Counted from the first letter of the stretch, positions 1 through 9,666 are shown. The stretch is DNA of 32,954 bases from an uncultured Methanobrevibacter sp. (GCA_964418715.1 CAYQMW010000003.1:1-32954), one strand, 5' to 3'. A program made the numbers and translations. The notes: a model not told the origin generated them from the letters alone.

Positions 1-114
1 ATAAATATTTTATTTTTAAACATAACTATTTTTAAAAAATTAATGAAAATTAAAACAAAACTTATTTTTATATTAAAAAATAAATTATAAAAAGAATAAA
101 AAAAATTTTTATAT

Positions 115-241
115 TATTCTCAGGGCGGAGTGAAATTCTCCACTGGTGGTAAATTAAATATATTAATGAGTCCACGAGCACGAAAGTGTTGATTTGGTGA
201 AAATCCAAAACCAACGGTGATAGTCCGGATGAAAGAGAATA
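115..241 (+). ncRNA. FMN riboswitch (RFN element) aptamer upstream of ribB
   Basis: P1 is TATTCTC (115-121) paired with GAGAATA (235-241). Conserved RFN segments occur in order: TCAGGGCGGAGTGAAATTCTCCACTGGTGGT, AGTCCACGAG, P4 GCAC-GAAA-GTGT, GATTTGGTGAAAATCCAAAACCAACGGT, ATAGTCCGGATGAAAGAGAA. It is a GC-richer patch in AT-rich DNA directly 5' of a riboflavin-synthesis gene. Confidence 0.95.
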
Positions 242-306
242 TATGCTTTAATAAATTATAAACTAAATTGGTTTTTATATAATTTACTAATTTATATCTT
301 TTTTTA

Positions 307-356
307 GCCCTGATTCTAGTAGTAAAATCTAGAACCTTATATAAAAACTCAGGAGT
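307..356 (+). promoter_or_regulatory. Riboswitch expression platform (alternative pairing with aptamer or SD) and Shine-Dalgarno of ribB
   Basis: GCCCTGA (307-313) is the exact reverse complement of aptamer TCAGGGC (120-126). CCTGA (309-313) can alternatively pair with TCAGG (349-353), which overlaps the SD AGGAG (351-355), enclosing the hairpin TTCTAG/CTAGAA (314-334). ATG is at 364. Confidence 0.75.
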
Positions 357-363
357 ACATACT

Positions 364-996
364 ATGAATCAAGAAAAACTAGAAGGAACCTATTTAGAAC
401 GTGTTAACACTGCTGTAGAATACCTTAAAGAAGGTAAAGGTGTTATTGTAACCGATGATGAAGAACGTGAAAATGAAGGAGATATGTTCTTTTCAGCAGA
501 TTACCTAACAAAAGAACAAATGGCACTTTTAATAAGAGAAGGTAGTGGAATCGTTTGTTTATGTATAACAGAAGAAAAGGCAGATGAACTTGAATTACCT
601 TTAATGGTTCAAAATAATACAAGTACCTATGGTACTGGATTTACAATTACAATTGAAGCAGCTCGTGGTGTTACAACCGGTGTTTCAGCTCATGATAGAG
701 TAACAACAGTTAAAGCTGCTACAAAAGAAGGTGCAAAACCTAGTGATTTACATCATCCAGGTCATGTTTTCCCACTTAGAGCTAAAAATGGTGGAGTATT
801 AGAACGTGACGGCCATACAGAAGCTAATATTGAATTAATGAAATTAGCAGGCCTTACTCCAGCAGGTGTTTTATGTGAAATAACTAAAGAAGATGGTACA
901 ATGGCAAGAATGCCTGATGTAATTAAATTCTCTAAAGAACATGACATGCCTGTTGTAACTATTGATGATATTAAACAATATTTATTAGAAAATTAG
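364..996 (+). CDS. ribB: 3,4-dihydroxy-2-butanone-4-phosphate synthase, stand-alone bacterial type
   Basis: Motifs [45 protein letters not shown] and GVLCEI. Confidence 0.97.
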   Translation: MNQEKLEGTYLERVNTAVEYLKEGKGVIVTDDEERENEGDMFFSADYLTKEQMALLIREGSGIVCLCITEEKADELELPLMVQNNTSTYGTGFTITIEAARGVTTGVSAHDRVTTVKAATKEGAKPSDLHHPGHVFPLRAKNGGVLERDGHTEANIELMKLAGLTPAGVLCEITKEDGTMARMPDVIKFSKEHDMPVVTIDDIKQYLLEN

Positions 997-1012
997 AGTA
1001 AAAAACTCTAAT
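992..1012 (+). terminator. Possible stem-loop at the end of ribB
   Basis: ATTAGAGT (992-999) and ACTCTAAT (1005-1012) form an 8-bp inverted repeat overlapping the stop codon. Only a short T tract follows. Confidence 0.35.
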
Positions 1013-1051
1013 ATTTTAAATTATAATCTCTTTTAGAAGTGGGGAACTAAT

Positions 1052-2728
1052 ATGGAAAGTAAAATAATTCAATCAGATGTATTAATTGTAGGCTCAGGTG
1101 GAGCTGGAGCAAGAGCTGCTATTGAAGTGTCAAATGCAGGATTAAAACCTATTATTGTTTCAAAAGGATTAAGTTTTAGATCTGGTTGTACTGGAATGGC
1201 TGAAGGTGGTTATAATGCAGCTTTTGCATTTGTAGATACTGATGATACTAAAGAGTACCACTTTAATGACACCTTAAAAGGTGGAAGTTACCTAAATGAC
1301 AGTAAACTTGTTAACATATTAGTTGATGAAGCACCAGATAGATTAGTAGATTTGGAAAGTTATGGTGCTCTATTTGACAGACAAGAAAATGGTAAATTAA
1401 ATCAAAGACCATTTGGAGGTCAAAGTTATAGAAGAACATGTTTTGCTGGAGATAGAACAGGACATGAACTTATAACTGCACTTAAAGAAGAGATTATAAA
1501 AAGAGATATTGAAACTGTTGATGAGGTAATGATTACTAAACTTATTTTAAATGAAGATGAATTTCCAAGGGTTATTGGTGCAGTTGGATTAAATCTTAAA
1601 GATTCAACTACTATCTTCTTTAATGCTAAAGCTGTAATTCTTGCAACAGGTGGAGCAGGACAATTATATCCTATTACATCAAATACTTTCCAGAAAAATG
1701 GTGATGGATATGCTTTAAGCTGGGATGCTGGTGCAGATTTAGTTGATATGGAACAGGTACAATTCCATCCAACAGGAATGATTAAACCTAAAGCAAAAGC
1801 AGGAGTACTTGTTACAGAAGCTGTTAGAGGAGAAGGTGGTAAACTAATCAACAGTGAAAATGAAAGATTCATGTTTAATTATGATAAGAAAGGTGAACTT
1901 GCAACCCGTGATGTTGTAGCAAGAAGTATCTATAATGAAATCCGTGAAGGAAGAGGAACTGAAGATGGTGGAGTATATTTAGATATAACAGACCTTGACA
2001 GTGGTGTAATTGATGAAAAGTTAGAGACTATGGTAGAACAATTTGCAGACGTTGGTGTAGATATAAAAAATGAGCCAATGGAAGTAGCTCCAACAGCACA
2101 TCACTTTATGGGTGGATTATTTATTGATGAAGATGGTAAATCATCAGTTGAAGGTCTTTACGGATGTGGAGAAGTTACAGGTGGGGTTCACGGTGCAAAC
2201 CGTTTAGGTGGAAATGCACTAGCAGATACACAAGTATTTGGAAAAAGAGCTGGAAAAGCAGCAAGTATACATTGTGAATTTGTAGAATTTGAATCAAATA
2301 ATAAAATGGTTGAAGCAGAAGAAGAACGTATAAAATCCCTTATAAAAGATGGGGAATATAAAGCAGATGATATAAAGGAAAAAATCAAAACTATTATGTG
2401 GAAAAATGTTTCAATTATTAGAAATGAAGAAGATTTACGTTCTGCTCTTAAACAATTAAATGATATTAAAGATAATGAACTTAAAAATATTGATGTTAAA
2501 AATACTAAAAATTATAATAAAGACCTCCAAGACGCTCTTGAAGTAATTAATATGGTTGAAGTTGGAATATTAATCGTAAAATCAGCTATAATAAGAAGAG
2601 AAAGTAGAGGTGCACACTTTAGAGAAGATTTCCCTGAAACAAAAGAAGGATGGGCTAAAAGTATTCTTATGGGAAAAGTAAAATTAAGATTTATTAAAAG
2701 AAATAAGGAATTTACATTAGATAAATAA
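1052..2728 (+). CDS. tfrA: Thiol:fumarate reductase (CoM/CoB) flavoprotein subunit A (SdhA/FrdA family)
   Basis: FAD-binding GSGGAG, QFHPTG, LVTEAVRGEGG, ELATRDVV, HHFMGG, HGANRLGGNAL and RRESRGAHFREDFP. RSGCT replaces the covalent-FAD RSHT motif, as expected for methanogen TfrA. Confidence 0.88.
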   Translation: MESKIIQSDVLIVGSGGAGARAAIEVSNAGLKPIIVSKGLSFRSGCTGMAEGGYNAAFAFVDTDDTKEYHFNDTLKGGSYLNDSKLVNILVDEAPDRLVDLESYGALFDRQENGKLNQRPFGGQSYRRTCFAGDRTGHELITALKEEIIKRDIETVDEVMITKLILNEDEFPRVIGAVGLNLKDSTTIFFNAKAVILATGGAGQLYPITSNTFQKNGDGYALSWDAGADLVDMEQVQFHPTGMIKPKAKAGVLVTEAVRGEGGKLINSENERFMFNYDKKGELATRDVVARSIYNEIREGRGTEDGGVYLDITDLDSGVIDEKLETMVEQFADVGVDIKNEPMEVAPTAHHFMGGLFIDEDGKSSVEGLYGCGEVTGGVHGANRLGGNALADTQVFGKRAGKAASIHCEFVEFESNNKMVEAEEERIKSLIKDGEYKADDIKEKIKTIMWKNVSIIRNEEDLRSALKQLNDIKDNELKNIDVKNTKNYNKDLQDALEVINMVEVGILIVKSAIIRRESRGAHFREDFPETKEGWAKSILMGKVKLRFIKRNKEFTLDK

Positions 2729-2887
2729 ATTATAAATTAAAATTAATCAAATAATCAAACAATATTATAATTTTAATAAATTTAATAACTTAATCTTTAA
2801 AAAAAATAAGTAATTAAAGAAAAATAGAAAAATTAGAAAAAAACATTTAGAAAATAAAATAAAATGCAGAATAATTATATTAAATAA

Positions 2888-4210
2888 TTATTCAGCTTCT
2901 TCTTTTAATCGAATCATTTCATCTATTGTTTCTTTTGCATTTTCTAAAATTTCAGCCTCATCTAAATTGATGAGTTTTCTATTTTCCATTAAAATTTCAC
3001 CATTACAAATAGTAGTATCTACATTGGATCCATTTGCAGAATATACTATATTTGAACTTAAAGAACTTGTAAGTGGTGTGAAATTAGGACGTTTTGTATC
3101 AACTAAAATAATATCAGCAATTTTTCCCTCTTCAATAGAACCAATATCATTTAAACCAAGTGCCTTAGCACCATTTACAGTAGCAAGAGATAAAGTTCTC
3201 TCAGCAGATAAAACCTCAGGATCAAGAGTTTGAGCTTTTTGTAAGAGTGCAGTAAATTTCATCTCTTCAAACATGTCAAGATTATTATTACTTGAAGCAC
3301 CATCAGTTCCAATAGATACACAAATATTATTATCAATTAATTTAGATATAGGTGCAATACCAGATGCAAGTTTAGCATTACTACAAGGATTATGAGATAC
3401 TTTAATATCATATTTTTTAATTAAATCAATCTCAGAATCTGATAACCATACACAATGAGCTGCAACAATATCATCAGATAATATTCCTAAATCATCTAAA
3501 TATTCAAATGGTCTCATAGATCTTAAATCCATACAGTCATCTATTTCTTTTTGAGTTTCATTCATGTGAATGTGAATACCAACATTATACTTATCTGCTT
3601 CTTTTCTAACACGGCTTAAAAGCTCGCTTGATGTTGTATAAATTGAATGAGGTCCAAACATAGTTGTGATTCTACCGTCACAAGTATTATTATGATTTTT
3701 AATTAAGGATATATTTTCCTTAAATTCGTTTTCACGTTTTTCCTCATCCCCAAAATCAATCATACCATAGGATAAGACTCCTCTTATACCTGCCTTATCA
3801 ATTGCCTTTGCAACATCTCCCATATAAAAATACATATCAGAAAATGTGGTAGTACCTGATTTAATCATTTCAATAGCACCAAGCATAGTACCATTATATG
3901 TAAATTCACTGTTTAAGTTAGCTTCCATAGGCCAGATATGGTCATTTAACCATGTATCTAAATTTAAATCATCTGCAAAACTTCTAAATAAAGTCATTGG
4001 TATATGGGAATGTGTATTGATTAATCCTGGCATAAGGACTTTACCTTCACCGTCAATAATATAGTCAGCATTAGAGTCTTCTATATCTTCGCTTATTAAG
4101 GATATTTTATTATTTTCAATAAGTAAAGATGATTTAAACTCTTCAACAGTCCCTGTAAGTTTTGGATTTAAAATTATTGGATTTTTAATTAATATACTAT
4201 TAGTTTCCAT
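2888..4210 (-). CDS. dadD: 5'-deoxyadenosine / MTA-SAH deaminase (amidohydrolase)
   Basis: PGLINTHSH metal motif, EMIKSGTTTFSDMYF, GPHSIYT, HIHMNET, AAHCVW, HNPCSNAKLASG and GTDGASSNN. Confidence 0.85.
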   Translation of the reverse strand: METNSILIKNPIILNPKLTGTVEEFKSSLLIENNKISLISEDIEDSNADYIIDGEGKVLMPGLINTHSHIPMTLFRSFADDLNLDTWLNDHIWPMEANLNSEFTYNGTMLGAIEMIKSGTTTFSDMYFYMGDVAKAIDKAGIRGVLSYGMIDFGDEEKRENEFKENISLIKNHNNTCDGRITTMFGPHSIYTTSSELLSRVRKEADKYNVGIHIHMNETQKEIDDCMDLRSMRPFEYLDDLGILSDDIVAAHCVWLSDSEIDLIKKYDIKVSHNPCSNAKLASGIAPISKLIDNNICVSIGTDGASSNNNLDMFEEMKFTALLQKAQTLDPEVLSAERTLSLATVNGAKALGLNDIGSIEEGKIADIILVDTKRPNFTPLTSSLSSNIVYSANGSNVDTTICNGEILMENRKLINLDEAEILENAKETIDEMIRLKEEAE

Positions 4211-4491
4211 TAAATCACCGAAATTTAATAAGTTTATATAAATAAATAATTATAAAAAATATTAAAAAATACTTTTTATAAATAAACATTATATATAATA
4301 TAAAGAATATTTAAATTTAAATTTAACTAATTTAAAATTAAAAAAATTTAAATAAAATTTAAAGTACTGTTTCAAATGAAAAAAGTAAATTAAGAATATA
4401 TCTAATATAAGTTTTAAGTTATAATTAATTACAAAATATAATTTACAATATATAATAATATAATTATTGAAAAATTTTAGGATAAAATACT

Positions 4492-5358
4492 ATGAAAATA
4501 CAAATTGCTATACCATCAAAAGGAAGAATTAGTGATCCTTCTGTAGAAATTCTTGAAAAAGCAGGAATAAAACTAAAAGATTCATCTAATAGAAAATTAA
4601 CCTCTCAAACATATAATCCAAATATTGATATAATGTTTACACGTGCTAGTGATATACCAATATTTGTTGAAAAAGGTATTGTAGACTTGGGAATTACAGG
4701 TATAGATTTAATTAGAGAAAAAAATGCAGATGTGGAAGGGATAATAGATTTAGATTTTGGTCAAACAAAACTTGTACTTGCTGTAATGGAAGAATCAGAC
4801 ATAAAAAGTATTAGTGACTTTAAAGATGGTATGAAAATCGCAACAGAATTTCCAAATATAACAAGAAAATACTTAAAAGATAATAATATAGAAAATGTAG
4901 AAATTGTAGAACTTGCTGGTTCAACAGAAATTGCACCATTAATTGGTATTGCAGATGGAATTACAGATTTAACAAGTACAGGTACTACACTTAAAAAGAA
5001 TCATCTAAAAATCATAGATACACTACTTGAAAGTAGTATAATGTTAATTGGAAATAGTAACTCTCTAAATGAAAAATCATCTATTATAGAAGCTGTCAGT
5101 ACAAGTATTACTGGAGTAATTAAAGCTGAAGGTAAAAAACTAATATTAATGAACGTAGAGAAAGAAAACCTTGAGAAAGTAAAAGATCTTATGCCTGGTA
5201 TGGGTGGACCAACAATATCTGAAGTATTATCAAATAAAGATGTATTTGCTGTACAGGCAGTAGTAGATGAAGATAAAGTCTTTAAACTTGTAAATGACTT
5301 GAAAAAGGTTGGTGCAAAAGATATTTTAGTAGTACCAATTGAAAGAGTAATTAATTAA
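4492..5358 (+). CDS. hisG: ATP phosphoribosyltransferase, long form
   Basis: IAIPSKGRI, RASDIP, DLGITGID, IATEFP, GSTEIAP, DLTSTGTTLKKN, plus a C-terminal regulatory domain (PGMGGPT, GAKDILV). Confidence 0.96.
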   Translation: MKIQIAIPSKGRISDPSVEILEKAGIKLKDSSNRKLTSQTYNPNIDIMFTRASDIPIFVEKGIVDLGITGIDLIREKNADVEGIIDLDFGQTKLVLAVMEESDIKSISDFKDGMKIATEFPNITRKYLKDNNIENVEIVELAGSTEIAPLIGIADGITDLTSTGTTLKKNHLKIIDTLLESSIMLIGNSNSLNEKSSIIEAVSTSITGVIKAEGKKLILMNVEKENLEKVKDLMPGMGGPTISEVLSNKDVFAVQAVVDEDKVFKLVNDLKKVGAKDILVVPIERVIN

Positions 5359-5514
5359 GAACTAAAATAATAATAAAATTTACTAATATATATCTAAAAA
5401 TCATTGAAAAAAATGATAAATTAATCTAATATACAATTTAAAAAAAAATATACAATATAAAAAAATCTATTGGAGAAAATATTCTCTAATAGAAAAAAAT
5501 ATCAGGAGATTCAT

Positions 5515-6300
5515 ATGAAATTTATAAGGTTTGTTTTTGACGAGAAAGAAAAATCCGGAATATTAAATAAAGGCAATATAATATATGAACTTAACAATGA
5601 TTATATTAATTATAATACAGATTTACTTGATATTGACTTTGAAAGTGAAGTAAATAAAAATAAATCCTATAAATTAGAAGACATTAAAATAATTGAGCCT
5701 GTTAAACCTTCTAAAATAATTTGTGTTGGTCTAAATTATACAGAACATGGTGAAGAATTAGAAATGGATCTACCTGATGAACCAAAACTATTTCTAAAAC
5801 CATCAACTACAACAATAGCACATGAGGAAAAAATTGATTATCCTCAAATGACAAAGCAGGTAGATTATGAAGGAGAATTAGCTGTAGTAATAGGTAAAAA
5901 ATGTAAAGATGTTGAATATAAGGATTCTAAAGATTATATTTTTGGTTACACTATTTTAAATGATGTTACCGCAAGAGACTTACAATCACTTGATGGTCAA
6001 TGGACAAGAGCAAAAAGTTTTGATACATTCTGTCCTATAGGCCCTGTAATAAACACAGACCTTAATCCAACAAATCAAAAAATAACAACAAAAGTAAATG
6101 GAATTGTAAAACAAGATTCAAATACAAATAAACTGATATTTGATGTTTATGAACTTTTAAGTTTTATATCTAAAATAATGACCCTAAATTCAGGAGATAT
6201 TATTGCAACAGGAACACCAAAAGGAGTTGGACCATTAAGTATTGGTGATATTGTAGAAATTACAATAGAAGATATTGGAACATTAAAAAATTACATATAA
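5515..6300 (+). CDS. Fumarylacetoacetate hydrolase family protein
   Basis: KIICVGLNY, FLKP, DYEGELAVVIGK, NDVTARD, WTRAKSFDTFCPIGP and GDIIATGTP. Start moved from the track's TTG at 5470 to ATG 5515, which follows SD AGGAG (5504-5508). Confidence 0.92.
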   Translation: MKFIRFVFDEKEKSGILNKGNIIYELNNDYINYNTDLLDIDFESEVNKNKSYKLEDIKIIEPVKPSKIICVGLNYTEHGEELEMDLPDEPKLFLKPSTTTIAHEEKIDYPQMTKQVDYEGELAVVIGKKCKDVEYKDSKDYIFGYTILNDVTARDLQSLDGQWTRAKSFDTFCPIGPVINTDLNPTNQKITTKVNGIVKQDSNTNKLIFDVYELLSFISKIMTLNSGDIIATGTPKGVGPLSIGDIVEITIEDIGTLKNYI

Positions 6301-6324
6301 AAATAATATATAAAAATTGATACT

Positions 6325-6810
6325 ATGAAAATACTGATTTTATACGATGATGTGGATACATATGCATCTCAAATCTCACAAGATATTATAGATGATATTA
6401 ATTCAGATTTTATTAGAGCACTTCCAGTTAAAAAAGCAAAAGATACATGTCTGTTAAAATATGATTTTATAGTCCTTGGATCATCTATAAAAAGAGGTAA
6501 AATACCAGGTCCTATGAAAAGATATGTTGAAAGAAACAAAGCAACTATAAAAGGTAAAAACATAGGATTATTTATCAGCTGTTTTAACAAAGAAAAAGTA
6601 GACAAATACTTATACAAATCTTATTCCAAAACAATAGTAGAATCTGCAAGATTTAGCCAATATTTTATTGAAAAAAACAGCAGTAGATTCAAAATATTAA
6701 GAAAAAATGAAGAAGAAATAGATGAAGAGACAATTAATAAATTCAACCAGAAGAGGAAAGAAGAACTGGTAGATAATATAAATCAAATAATAGAAAAGTT
6801 TGAAAAATAA
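6325..6810 (+). CDS. Flavodoxin-domain protein (HemG/Flavodoxin_5-like), divergent
   Basis: MKILILY start, YDFIVLGSSI..G and IGLFISC match the flavodoxin pattern. The FMN phosphate-binding loop (normally S..G.T) reads DDVDTYA. Confidence 0.65.
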   Translation: MKILILYDDVDTYASQISQDIIDDINSDFIRALPVKKAKDTCLLKYDFIVLGSSIKRGKIPGPMKRYVERNKATIKGKNIGLFISCFNKEKVDKYLYKSYSKTIVESARFSQYFIEKNSSRFKILRKNEEEIDEETINKFNQKRKEELVDNINQIIEKFEK

Positions 6811-6954
6811 TCTCTTAAATAATAAAATAAATAAAAAAATATTTTAAAATAGAAAATAATTTTGTAGAAAATAAGTAAAAATTCATAAATAATTAAATTT
6901 ATTTTTTATAAAAATTAATAATAATATAATAAAAGTTGAAGATTACTAATTCAG

Positions 6955-7896
6955 GTGATTGAAATTTTTAAGCATAAAAATCTTATATCAATTAAGGAAT
7001 TATCAACAGATGATATTAACTTTATATTAGAGAAGGCATCTACTTTAGAAAAATATGCAAAATCACAAGATGTGTCCAATTCACTTAATGGAAAAGTAGT
7101 TGGAATGATGTTTTTTGAACCATCTACCAGAACAAAATTATCTTTTGAAACTGCTATGAAAAGATTAGGTGGTGAATGTATTGGATTTGATAATACAGCA
7201 TCAAGTTCAATAACAAAAGGAGAAACAATTGCAGATACAGCTAAAATGTTTGAATCATACTGTGATGTTCTGGTTATAAGACATGAACTTGAAGGAGTAT
7301 CACAATTTATATCTGAAATTGTAGATATACCTGTAATTAATGCTGGTGATGGTGCAAGCCAACATCCAACACAAACCCTACTAGATTTATATACAATGAA
7401 AAAAGAATTTGGACATATTGAAGGTTTAAAAGTAGCGCTTGTTGGAGATTTAAAATATGGCCGTACTGTTCATTCACTTTCATATGCATTAGGATTATTT
7501 AATGCTAAAATGACATTTGTATCACCGCCAGAGTTAAAAATGCCAAAAGAAATTAAAAAAGATCTTGATAAAAATAATGTGGAATACAAAGAAGAATCAG
7601 ACTTAAATAAGGTTATTGATAATATAGATGTTTTGTATGATACAAGAATTCAAAAGGAACGTTTCCCAGATGAAGAAGAATATGCAAAAATCAAAGATGC
7701 ATATTTAATTAATAAAAAATTATTAGATGGTAAAGATCTTATTGTTATGCATCCTCTTCCAAGAGTTAATGAAATATCCTATGATGTTGATAATACAAAA
7801 CATAATAGGTATTTCGAGCAGGCTTTCAATGCTGTTCCTGTAAGAATGGCTATACTTGAAACCTTAATAGAGGAAAACCCTAAATATACTGATTAG
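6955..7896 (+). CDS. pyrB: Aspartate carbamoyltransferase catalytic subunit
   Basis: FFEPSTRT, NAGDGASQHPTQTLLD, GDLKYGRTVHSL, TRIQKER and MHPLPRVNEI. Confidence 0.97.
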   Translation: MIEIFKHKNLISIKELSTDDINFILEKASTLEKYAKSQDVSNSLNGKVVGMMFFEPSTRTKLSFETAMKRLGGECIGFDNTASSSITKGETIADTAKMFESYCDVLVIRHELEGVSQFISEIVDIPVINAGDGASQHPTQTLLDLYTMKKEFGHIEGLKVALVGDLKYGRTVHSLSYALGLFNAKMTFVSPPELKMPKEIKKDLDKNNVEYKEESDLNKVIDNIDVLYDTRIQKERFPDEEEYAKIKDAYLINKKLLDGKDLIVMHPLPRVNEISYDVDNTKHNRYFEQAFNAVPVRMAILETLIEENPKYTD

Positions 7897-8050
7897 TAAT
7901 CAAATTATAAAAAATCATAAAATATATGATTAAATCATGTTAAGAATAAATTGTAAAAATATATATTAATAATGAGAAAAAAAGTAGTTTAAGCTATATT
8001 TGATTATATTTAGTAATTATTAATTAAAAATAAAATAAGTTAAAGAAGGA

Positions 8051-8206
8051 TTATAAATATCCTGCTTCTTTAAGCTTTTTTTCAGCTTCTTCTTTTCTAG
8101 CTACAATAGCATTCCATTCTTCTTCAGATAATCTATCTTTTCTCTCTTTAAGAACTTCATAACTATTAAGGATTTGTTCTAAATTACCTCTCTCATGTTT
8201 ATCCAT
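8051..8206 (-). CDS. Small 51-aa charged helical protein, absent from the ORF track
   Basis: Manual translation: MDKHERGNLEQILNSYEVLKERKDRLSEEEWNAIVARKEEAEKKLKEAGYL*. SD AGGAG lies 9 nt upstream (complement CTCCT, 8216-8220). The stretch has coding-like composition amid AT-rich spacer, with a TTTATATA box upstream. Confidence 0.75.
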   Translation of the reverse strand: MDKHERGNLEQILNSYEVLKERKDRLSEEEWNAIVARKEEAEKKLKEAGYL

Positions 8207-8340
8207 AAACAACATCTCCTATTAAACATTTTAGAATAAATATATATATAAATTTTAATATATAAACTTTAAGAAATTATCTAAAAAAATTTATAAAGAT
8301 TAGAAAATCTATTTTTTATAAAAAAAGAATGATTAAATTC

Positions 8341-9495
8341 CTATAAGGAATTTAATGTTTTTTCTACTAATTTTTCATCACATTGAAGCTTAATAATATT
8401 GGTTCTACCTTTACCTCTTCCACGGGAAACAGTATTAGTAGAGATAATACCAAGCATTTCAAGTTCGTTAATAAAATCAAAAATTCTTCTATAAGTAACT
8501 GAATCTCCTTTAGAAACATCTTTATAGGTTTCATATAATTTACCAGAACTGATTTCCTCATTGTTTTGAGTAAGAATAAGTACTGCTTCAAGTACTCTTT
8601 GTTGTTGAGTAGGTAATGTATTAATAATATCAGTTACCTTATTATGTTCAATTCTATTTTTAGCAGCAATAACATAATCACCTAGAATTTCAGAAGAATC
8701 ATTTTCATCTGCAATATCTCCAGCAGTTGAAAGTAAATCAAGAGCATACCTTGCATCTCCTTCTTCTTTAGCAGCCATTGCAGAACATAAAGGAATTACA
8801 TCTTCTTTTAGAACATTTTCTTTAAAGGACATTTCAGATCTTTCATTTAAAATATCTGCTAATTGATCTGCACGATAAGGTGGAAATACAATTTCTTTAT
8901 CCCTGAGACTACTCATTACTCTAGGTTTAATGAACTTTTTAAAGTCAAGATAATTACTAATTGATAATACAGATACGTTTTCAGTACGAGTTAAGGTGTA
9001 TAATAATCCATCACCATCTTTTTCAAGTAAAATATCAACTTCATCTAAAATAATTATTAAAATAAGTTTTTTACCATGCATCTGTTGATTGAGAACATCT
9101 CTAAAAGTATTAATAATTTCTCCTTTGGTCCATCCCCTGTATGGAACATCACGTCCTAATCTTTGACAAAGTTGTGCTAATACCTGATATTCAGTAGTAT
9201 AATCAGTACATCTAATATATTCAACATCAATATATACATTGCTATCTTGTGCAGCTTCTAATAATTGTTTTTGTGCAAATTTAGCTGCAGCAGTTTTACC
9301 TGTTCCAGTTTTACCATAGATTGTAACATCAGATGGAGTTACATTATCTAATGCATCGACCCAATATTTTGCAATCTTAGTTATCTGATCATTACGATGT
9401 GGTAATTGTTCAGGTAAAAATTTATGACTTAAAGGACTCTTGTCTTTAAAGACAGTCTTTCCTCTGTCCATATTCGTAAAAATATTATCTTTCAT
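8341..9495 (-). CDS. cdc6: Orc1/Cdc6 replication initiator
   Basis: LPHR, Walker A GKTGTGKT, Walker [22 protein letters not shown] and a winged-helix C-terminus (ELEMLGII...SRGRGKGRT). Confidence 0.97.
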   Translation of the reverse strand: MKDNIFTNMDRGKTVFKDKSPLSHKFLPEQLPHRNDQITKIAKYWVDALDNVTPSDVTIYGKTGTGKTAAAKFAQKQLLEAAQDSNVYIDVEYIRCTDYTTEYQVLAQLCQRLGRDVPYRGWTKGEIINTFRDVLNQQMHGKKLILIIILDEVDILLEKDGDGLLYTLTRTENVSVLSISNYLDFKKFIKPRVMSSLRDKEIVFPPYRADQLADILNERSEMSFKENVLKEDVIPLCSAMAAKEEGDARYALDLLSTAGDIADENDSSEILGDYVIAAKNRIEHNKVTDIINTLPTQQQRVLEAVLILTQNNEEISSGKLYETYKDVSKGDSVTYRRIFDFINELEMLGIISTNTVSRGRGKGRTNIIKLQCDEKLVEKTLNSL

Positions 9496-9666
9496 ATTGC
9501 CACCTACACATATATTTAAAGCAAAATCTTACTTTAAAAATTATGCAATCAAATTAAGTTTAAAAATTAAAATTATAGTAGTGATTTTAAAATTAATTAA
9601 AATTACTATAAAATATCAAAATTATTAAGTAAATAAGTAAATTTCAAAACATCTATTTAAAGATGT

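Noticed and set aside
1-996. Bacterial contamination or chimera as the explanation for the riboswitch and ribB
   Set aside because: Base composition and codon usage match the adjoining archaeal genes, and the spacer to tfrA is only 55 bp. It is not fully excluded without read data.
1052-2728. Alternative call as NadB or respiratory SdhA
   Set aside because: It lacks the covalent-FAD His and has no adjacent sdhBCD or nadA/C. The RSGCT.MAEGG motif and methanogen context favour TfrA.
762-4064. Antisense ORFs 762-947, 1426-1872, 2188-2388, 2967-3233 and 3846-4064
   Set aside because: Shadow frames opposite well-supported genes, with no motifs or SD.
6369-9628. Short ORFs 6369-6617, 8367-8591 and 9440-9628
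   Set aside because: They overlap the flavodoxin or cdc6 genes or run into AT-rich spacer, and have no recognisable features.
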